Positions 55,766-64,000 of a stretch of DNA of 64,000 nt are shown in pieces. The stretch is from the NCBI GenBank assembly GCA_977016875.1, contig CDRNST010000318.1:1612001-1676000 (forward strand). The letters are read 5' to 3'. A model generated the notes under the pieces. The model made no database searches. It was given only the letters and a program-made list of their open reading frames with translations, and had not been told where the DNA came from. Both the position numbers and the translations under genes were made by a program. Every line of letters starts with the position of its first letter. Position 1 is the first letter of the stretch. Origin of the DNA: Pavona decussata (Eukaryota).

Positions 55766-58700
55766 ATGGGTAAAGTAAGGGTTGGTTGCTCGCCTAATTT
55801 AAGGTAAGAGCTTTGGTTTTCGGTAGGTTTTGACAGAAAATTCGTTGCTTGAGCTAGACTTCAGTTAATTGTAGTTTAAGTATTGACTCAGCTGTTGTTA
55901 TTGATCTAGAGCGCTTTTCATGCACTATGGTATTGCTAAGATTTCAGCAAATTGTAGGATATGGTAGAGATTGTGCTGTAAAATTTTGTTCTTTCGTTTG
56001 AAAATATCTTGCGCCCTGTTAAGTCGATCGAATTTAAGTCTACAAGTTGCAATACGATTGTTTTGCCTCCCAGGGATTTGGTACAAAAATTGAAATAAGC
56101 TGAAAGGGGGAAGTATCACGCAAATTTGCTGTCATTTCAAAACCCAAAAATGTTTGTCTGTCAGCAGAAACAACGAAATAATTGTCAAGTTTGTTATAAA
56201 TTATCACCCCAGTGCAATAAAACTGTCGATTAGTGCCTCTGGCCAGAGACAGAGTAGGCCGGTATGGATTGAAACTTGAAAAATGTCAGGCTTATGTTTT
56301 TCAAGTTCTCGCATTTTTGTTTCCAAAATGCGCTAGAACAGATCACGAGTTGTTCCTTTCAAGAATTGAGTTGATTTATTTCCTCTTGTCATTCTAGAAT
56401 TATTTGTCAGCTGATTGAAGGTCTTATTTCATCATTTTTTACCAAATATATCAAAAAACCCATGATACTTCCCCTTTAAGTACAGAATATTTATGCAACC
56501 GTTGCTGGGCGTTTGTGAACAACAAGAATGATTATTCTTTCCTGAAAAGAATCCGAGAAATAGCAGAATGACTTAAAAATATACTATATTCAATGCAACG
56601 TATTTTTCAAAACTCTTTCTGATCATTTAAGTCCCGGTTTGGACGCCGTGGGAAAAAAAAATAATCGCCCCCGGCTATCATTCGAGGAAATAGGGCTCAT
56701 GTGTGTAGCGTCTAAATCAAAGCCGGTCCACAGCCGTTATTTCCAGCTAAGCCAGGCCGGAAAAACGGCTGAGCAGATCTTTATTGGCCGTTCTGAATTG
56801 ATTCAGACGCCGTACTTCAAATGAACTTAATTCATTGAAGCTTAATTCGATTCGGCTCATATGAAGTACCGAAAGGGGGCAATTATTCGAGGGAGGCGAT
56901 TATTTCAAATATTTCTCACAGGAAGTCGTGCCCTAAATATTTTGTTTTATTATACCGTTAAATAAAAAAAAACTAATCACTTCAAAAATAAACCGAACAT
57001 GGGCTTTTCAACTGTTTCAGTTTCATTGATTAATCAGTGTTCAATGTCAATGTCTTCGGCATCAGAGCCTGAATCATCACTGATCACTTTTACTGGACCA
57101 GACTCCATTTCAGCTTCATCATCCAGATTTACCGCTATGCAGATCCCTGCAAATGGGTTGGTGCGAGGAGCTGTGACGATGTCAGTTAAAGACTGTGGGG
57201 GGGGGGGATTATTTTCAACATTTTCGTCAAAGGGGGGGGGGGGGGCGATTATTCGAGAGAGGCAATTAATAGAGGGATGCCTATTATTCGAGGAAATACG
57301 GTAGTATGCTTCTGTGAATTAAGTGCGGCGTCTGAATAAATTCAGCCACGTTTAATTAATTTAAGTGGATCTAAATTTGAATTTGATTCTGCTCATGTAA
57401 AGTACAATGTCTGAACTGGGCCTAAGGATGCCAAAATGTCCATTTGCTGCAAACTGTTCGAGAAGACTTCAATTTTATTGAAGGAAATTATTAAGCTGCC
57501 CTTCAACAAGAATTTGTAATCATGTTGTGATCTGTGACACCATGACACCAAAATGTTAAGCAGTTAAAGGGAGAAACAATAATTTTGTTGATGCCTGCAG
57601 CTCAGATTCACCTTACACTTCTTTTGTGCTCTTGTTACTATGGTCATGGAATCTTTGATTGTGATAACACCTTTTTACTTCTTTATTTTTGACAAACTGG
57701 CACTTTGCAATAATTCATAGTCATATAATATCCCAGTCTTCTCTTTCTGGTCATGCGCATTACTGTAACATAAATACAAGTGCCGTAATGTATTTACAAA
57801 GACATGAAGTTACATCCTTGAATGCTTTAGAACAGAACAAAGCATTTTAAGACCTTTTCTATTTGTTAATTACAAAATTGTGCCACCAAACTGGTTTACC
57901 TGCTGTAAGCAACCACCCAAAAGATCAAGCCCAGGTCATCACTTATTTGCCAAGCATCCGTAATTTCTAACTTGTTTATAAATGAGCGAATGGTGAAAAC
58001 AGCAAGAACAGTACTGATACTGAATCCTGCAAGGGACTGTGTACCATACATCACTGGCATCTTTTACAAACACAAATTTATGTAAAAACCAGGAAGAAAG
58101 CACTAAAATTTGGAGGTATATTTGAGGTTGACTTGAACTTGAGTCAGGCTCAAACTTGGCTTGTACTCCATGTACAAGCAAACTTGTTTGACCTTTGTAT
58201 GTGCGTCATGTTTATTTGCATTCAGTTTTTCAGGGATGTTATGATGTTGTCATTTTGTTGTGGTAATGTGGGTGTCTGTATCACAGGTGATGTTTTATTT
58301 CTGTGATCTGAATGTCTTATGACAAAAACCTTACTGTGATAGGGTTTGGATTATGGCCTAACCCTAACTCTGTACACCCAGGAGTGGGGAGGGAGGGGGG
58401 GTCCCGGGGGGGGGGTACTCAGCTACATTATAGACAGAAGGGTATGAATGATGTCAAGTTGTCAGTCCTACAATTAAAGGTTGTCTAGTCTAACAAAAAC
58501 AAAGATGATCCAGAACTTGACCCCAAAAGTCAGAAGGAATTAAGGAGGAATCAGCCCCTGTTAATGAAAAATTTTATTCCCTATTTAGGTTTACCAAGTA
58601 TGATTTGCTTGCACTCTTGCTGGCCATCTTCATTCCAGTGATTGCTATAGTGCTGACTATGGTGGCAATTCTGCCGGCATTGGGAGCACCACCACTACCA

Positions 58701-61700
58701 AGCTTTGCGGACCCTACTAAAGTAAGCCAGTTTAAGGTTACTAGCAGCTAGACCTGCAACCTTTTTCCCAGGAAGAGGAGAGACCCTGGAAAAGGTTGTT
58801 AGGTCTGAGCATCATTGAAGTATTATGAATTCTTGTCAAATATTCTCTGAAGTCTGCAGAATTTCTTTGTTCTTAGTAAAATTCATCTTATAGCCAAATG
58901 TTACTCCATTTTAAAATATTGATTTCATAATTGAATAATAAAAATTATTTATTTCACTTTCTGAGTTTTTATTTTTCAGTTCATTTTTAAAATTGTTGCT
59001 ATTAAGGACGGTGCGTCCTTTTGCTACTGTCCATGTATTCTGCGCATCTCATGATGGTCCAAGAAACTCTGATTTCTTCAGGTTACCCTATACCTTCAGA
59101 GGTGTCTTCAGAGCTGTCTAGTGTCCAAGTGATGTAGCACGTCTGGTTTAAACTGTAGATACCTGACCCCTTATATCAAATTAAAGTTTATAGAGCTGGC
59201 TATCAAACTAAACCAAGAATTTTGAAATAAAAGGAATTGCCGAATTTTTAGTGCTGTTTTCTCGAATGAATTTTTTCACTTGGAGGAGCCACTTCCAAGA
59301 GCTAAAACTCAAATGGAATTTGTTCGTTTGCCTTCAAATTCGAACAGTAGCTAGTTCAACACATAAACAACAAAAACGTTTGTGTCTGCGAATTTTTCCT
59401 TTCGAAATATTTTTTTCTCCTAGAGCGATTTTTGTACGATCACTCCCCTTTTTTTTTTCATCCTGTTTCGAAAATGCTCTATAACTTTTCATTGCGATTG
59501 AATATGGCAAAACGCAAGCACGTTTTTTTAGCGCTTTGGGTCTGGAAACTGAGGAGCAAATTAAACTAGCAGAAAACAAAATTTGCTTTGACTTGTAGCT
59601 TTAAAAAGGTGATTCAGACGCTCGTATTGAGAGGTCGTGAAAAATTCGACAATTCATTTTATTCCAAAATTCTTGGTATACAGTTGACTCCCGATAACCA
59701 AGTTATTGGGAGTTGACTGTAGTTTGATAGCCTGCTCTACAAGCTTTAATTTGATATAGGGGTTTAGATATCTACAGTTTAAACTGGATGCACTACATCG
59801 CTTAAACGCGAGACACCTCTGAAGGTATATGGTAACCTTAAGGATGAAAGCCTCGCAATTCAAAGGTATTTTTACGCAGTTTATGACTAGGAGGAAAAGA
59901 AGATCTTAGTAAGGGCTATCGAAATCCAAAAAGAAAATAATAATTTTTGGGGGTAACCATGCACTTTTCAGAGAGATTTAAGCTTCAATTTGAGAAAAAA
60001 ATCCATACATGAACTATGACAGTATTTGAAAGCTTTTTAGCACTATACTATCTCTGAAAAATATCTGGTGACCCCCAATTTCCTTTTGGGATTTCAATAG
60101 CCCTTACAAAGATCTTCTTTTTCCTGCCTAGTGTAAACTGCAAACAAATACCTCTGTATTAGAGGGCACCCTCCTTAATACACATTGTAACTTTCTTTTG
60201 CATTGTTCCCCTACGTTATTTTAGTTCCATGTCAATACATTGATTTTCCTACAACACATATTTTTGTATCATTGTAACCAACCGACATGATTTAGTGTTT
60301 TCAAATTAATATATTTTCCCAAACTAAAGCCGTTGAATTTAACAAGATCCTTGCCAGAGATTTGAATTAACTGATTTTGTGGAAGATAGTTGTAGCTCCT
60401 TGAGAGATTTATTCACTGTTGCTTAATATTTCCTAGGGATTTGAACCAAGAGGCACGGAACTGAGTAACCAGATTGTGACGTTTGAGAATTTTTACCAAG
60501 CAATGGGAAAAACACTCTTAGGGTATCCTCCTAGAGCACAAGTATCTTCCCAGGTCAAAGTAAATAATGGTCTTGGTTCAGGCAAGCGCAAACGGCGCTC
60601 AGTGCAAAGTTCCCTTCAACCTCCTCTCTACGAAGGTTCTGTAATTGAGTCCATGGTGTTTGTCTACAAAGCCTCAGACCCACATGAAAACTTGTTTGAG
60701 ACAAGCAAGCTTAAGACCATTTGTGCCATGGACACTAACATTGTGCGCTTGGATCCATCTTTTAAGCAAAACTGTTTTTATTTTAGTGATGGAGTTAAAA
60801 CAGAATGTTACTCAAGCTGGTCTTTGGGAAATTATGTTGCATTGCTCAACAACCGTGGAACTTGTCAAGATATAACTGATGATGATGTGTCAAAGGTGAA
60901 AGCGCTGCTCCAGAATTGTTCATCTCATTTTGTCAAGCAGACGCTTAAGAAAGACTGTCGATATCCGTTGGCAAATGAAACAGCCAGCTCAAACTGCCCA
61001 TCAGTACCAGCGCACTGCATCAAACACGCTGCAGTGTACAACATTTTCCAGTATCTCGTAGACAATGAGTTCATGAGTACACCGGATCAATTTTTCCTCA
61101 AATACACTTTATCCATGCCACCTGTCAACTACCAGGTGGAGTTCTTTTATGAAGAATTGTACAACAAGTTGAAAAGCAGCACCAATGTCAAAGAAGGGGT
61201 TGAAATAGCGGCATTTAAATTTTGGAACTTTAAGTATGACCAATTCAGGAAAGAGCTTTTTGTTGAGATAATCTTCCCTGCTCTAGCAATGATTGTTGTG
61301 TTTGGTGTCATGTGGTTTTTCCTTGGTTCTTTTATTCTCACTTTCTGTGGCCTTTTTTGTGTAATTTATGCAATTGGTCTTTCGTATTTTCTTTATAACA
61401 TTGTTTTCGGCATGGATTTTTTTCCCTTTCTTAATGTCCTCACATTTGTCTTTTTGGTTGGTATTGGAGCAGATGATGCATTTGTGTACTATGACATATG
61501 GAGGCAGACACGGGCTGCAAACCCTAATGCAAACATCATGCAATTGACATTAAAGACTTTGCAATATTCTGCACTTTCCATGCTGGTTACTAGTTTGACA
61601 ACAGCATCAGCATTTTTTGCTAGTATATCTTCCACCATTACAGCCATCAAGTGCTTTGGAATATTTGCAGGAACATCCATCTTGACAAACTACTTACTGA

Positions 61701-64000
61701 TGATAACATATTTCCCAGCCGTTGTAGCTCTGCATGAGAAGTGGGTGATGAAATACAGTGATGGTGAAAGCTCAGATGTTTCGCCTTCAGGTGAGCTAAC
61801 AGATTTTGGAACTGCTGAAACTGTGGAAGCACCAAAAGCACAAGACATGTCAGAAGGCAGAGAAGCGAACAAAAGCCATAACACTCAAGAGAAGACAAGC
61901 TTCTGTATTTTACAGGTTGTTGATTTTCCATGCTCCCTTGCAGTATCAGCAATGGGTGCTGTTCAAAGATTTGGCTCCAAGATCTTTGGTCGGTGGTTGC
62001 CATTTGTGGTTATCAAGTTTCACTGGATTTGGATAGCCCTGCTGGTATGTCTCACTGCTGGCTTTTTGTGCGTCAACTTTGTAAAACCTGGTCTTCGCCT
62101 GCCGGAGAGTGATGAATTCCAAGTTTTTTCTGATTCGCATACACTGGAAAACTACAACTTAAACTACAAGAGATTCTTTCGGTTTGAACAAAGTGGAAGT
62201 ATGGGGATACAGCTGATCTGGGGGATCAAACCTGTTGATAATGGTAACCACTTTAATCCAGATGACAAAGGAACCCTTGAATTTGATGAATTGTGGTCAT
62301 TGGGTGGTCTCCTTTCCACAGAGGGGCAACAGTTCCTTCGTTCTCTATGTTCATCCGCTGAGAAGCAGTCATTCTTTGCTGCATTTTCTGGGGATTTGGG
62401 ATGTCCAATGGAAGCATTAATAACAGTGTGTACCACTGGCCCCAACGCGTGTTGTGGAGAGAACGCTAGCTTTCCTTTTCCAGCTGGTGTTGCTGAGAAA
62501 TGTCTTCTAGGATTTGCCGCATCAAGTGGAAAAGAAACAGGCTTGCTGTTTGACACTGATAGTGGAAAAGTGAAAGGTTTTAGAATGGGGATAATTGCAA
62601 ACCAACCATTTACAACAGCCTTTTCTGTGATAGATGGTTTCTATGACACGGTAAATTCTTGGGTTAAAACTGAAATGTCCAAAGCACCAGCCGGATTGCA
62701 AAATGCTTGGGCGGGCAGTTGGGGATTCGGGTTTTATGGCCTACAGATTGGCCTCTCAGAGGGCACCTTTTCGTCATTAGGCATATCAGTAGCTGTATCG
62801 TTTGTTGTAATGTTGCTTACAACACTCAACATCTTCATCAGCATCTATGCGATCATCACCATTATTGGAGTTATTGTAATTACTATTGGATCTCTGGTGT
62901 TGGCAGGGTGGCAATTGAATATTTTAGAGTCTATTGTGATGTCAGTGGCTGTGGGGCTTTCAATTGACTTCACCATGCACTATGGCGTAGCGTACAGGTT
63001 GGCTCCTGATAAAAGCAACAGAGAAAGCAGGGTGCGCTACTCACTGGTGCACATTGGATCGGCAATCACCATGGCAGCGCTGACAACCTTTCTCACAGGT
63101 GACAAATTTTTTCATATTCTCTCTGGTTGCTTTCTATACTTTTAAGCTGTTGACAATAATATTGTCATACAGCATTGCATAACTCAGTATCAAGTGGTTC
63201 CAGAAAATATCCTCCCTCCTACCATAGAAGGTCATTACAAATTAAAGGAGATGAGGGGCCACAAGGACTAACGTTTTCAATGGAAATTATGAAGCTACGT
63301 TTTAAATTTTAGTGTTATGGATATTTTTTAGAACAGTGCAATACAGCTAGTCACAGAGAAGTGAACATTGACCTAAATTTGAAATTTTGTTACACAGCAA
63401 GATTAGGGTGCATTCGATTGACCCTAATAAGGCTACATTTATTCCGGAATAGAAATACATGCGATGGCTACCAGAAATCACTCAAAATGGCTCTTAAATT
63501 ATTACAAGTGTATCAGCCAAATTTTTGAGATACATCTTCCCAAATTCATGTGAAAAGAGAATAATTATTGTAATAGCTATTCCACTCAGTTATAGTCTTT
63601 TTCTGGAATGTGGTCAATCAAATGCAACCTAACATTCTTTACTGCAACCATCTTCTTAAGCCCGGTTTAGACGGTACGATTTGTCGGCCTGACAGTGTAG
63701 GACCACAAATCCACACAGTGTATTTGGACACCCAATTTCGATTTTGAATTTTGTTTGAGCAAAAGAGAGGCTCTCCGCAGTGTAGTGACATCACCAAGTC
63801 TTCAGTTGCACGAGCAATGTCAGGCAAGACAGAATGCCCCTGGACTAGAATTAAAGCATTGTCTGTTTCCTTTGTTTCAGGCTTGATGATGATGCCTGCG
63901 ACAGTTCTGGCGTACTTTCAGCTCGGTCAATTCTTGATGTTGGTCATGGTTTTCAGTTGGTTTTATTCCACCTTCGTTTTCTTATCCATCTGTGCTGTGA
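55766..64000 (+). CDS. Dispatched-like 12-TM SSD/RND protein, copy 2 (3' end beyond the window)
   Basis: Exons 55766-55803 (MGKVRVGCSPNL, phase 2), 58589-58721, 60437-63098 and 63881->64000. Highly similar to copy 1 with the same motifs. Confidence 0.9.
56867..57303. mobile_element. Tc1/mariner/pogo-like deletion derivative nested in another repeat
   Basis: TACCG...attattcgagggagg left end and attattcgaggaaatacggTA right end; flanked by attcagacgccg / cggcgtctgaat inverted halves of an older element. Confidence 0.5.
58757..58798. mobile_element. 42-bp mini-MITE with ~9-bp TSD (MuDR-like), copy-2 specific
   Basis: caaccttttt-cccagg ... cctgg-aaaaggttg flanked by ctagacctg / ttaggtctg; copy 1 has a single ctaggcctg at ~48846. 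Confidence 0.7.
59081..59837. mobile_element. Kolobok-like MITE with ~130-bp TIRs inserted at TTAA, copy-2 specific
   Basis: ggttaccctataccttcagaggtgtct ... agacacctctgaaggtatatggtaacc-TTAA; empty site cttaagg at ~49261 in copy 1. Confidence 0.85.

Noticed and set aside
49683-62967. Many antisense and alternate-frame ORFs repeated in both Dispatched copies
   Set aside because: Shadows of the main ORF; their conservation is explained by the recent duplication.

Overview
Eukaryotic, intron-rich, AT-rich animal genomic DNA. The MITE/SINE families and gene content suggest a cnidarian, probably a stony coral (inference). I assembled spliced gene models by hand from splice sites and reading-frame phase. 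In order: (1) 5' part of an SRSF3-like SR splicing factor (-); (2) a decayed APE-RT LINE split by a MITE; (3) a 17-exon, ~899-aa coiled-coil protein whose C-terminus resembles Astrin/SPAG5 (-); (4) a 10-exon, ~813-aa protein with three MATH/TRAF-like domains, a coiled coil and a 2'-5' oligoadenylate synthetase (OAS)-like domain with a degenerate catalytic triad (-); (5) a 13-exon CYP3-clan cytochrome P450 (+); (6) a 3-exon PCYT2 (-); (7-8) two tandem Dispatched-like (SSD/RND) genes (+). The first Dispatched-like gene is preceded by an array of phase-matched candidate alternative first exons. The most notable candidates are the MATH-coiled-coil-OAS fusion (a possible pseudoenzyme sensor/adaptor of innate immunity), the variable first-exon array, and an Astrin-like protein lacking the PP1 RVxF motif. 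All homology calls are from recalled motifs, not database searches.
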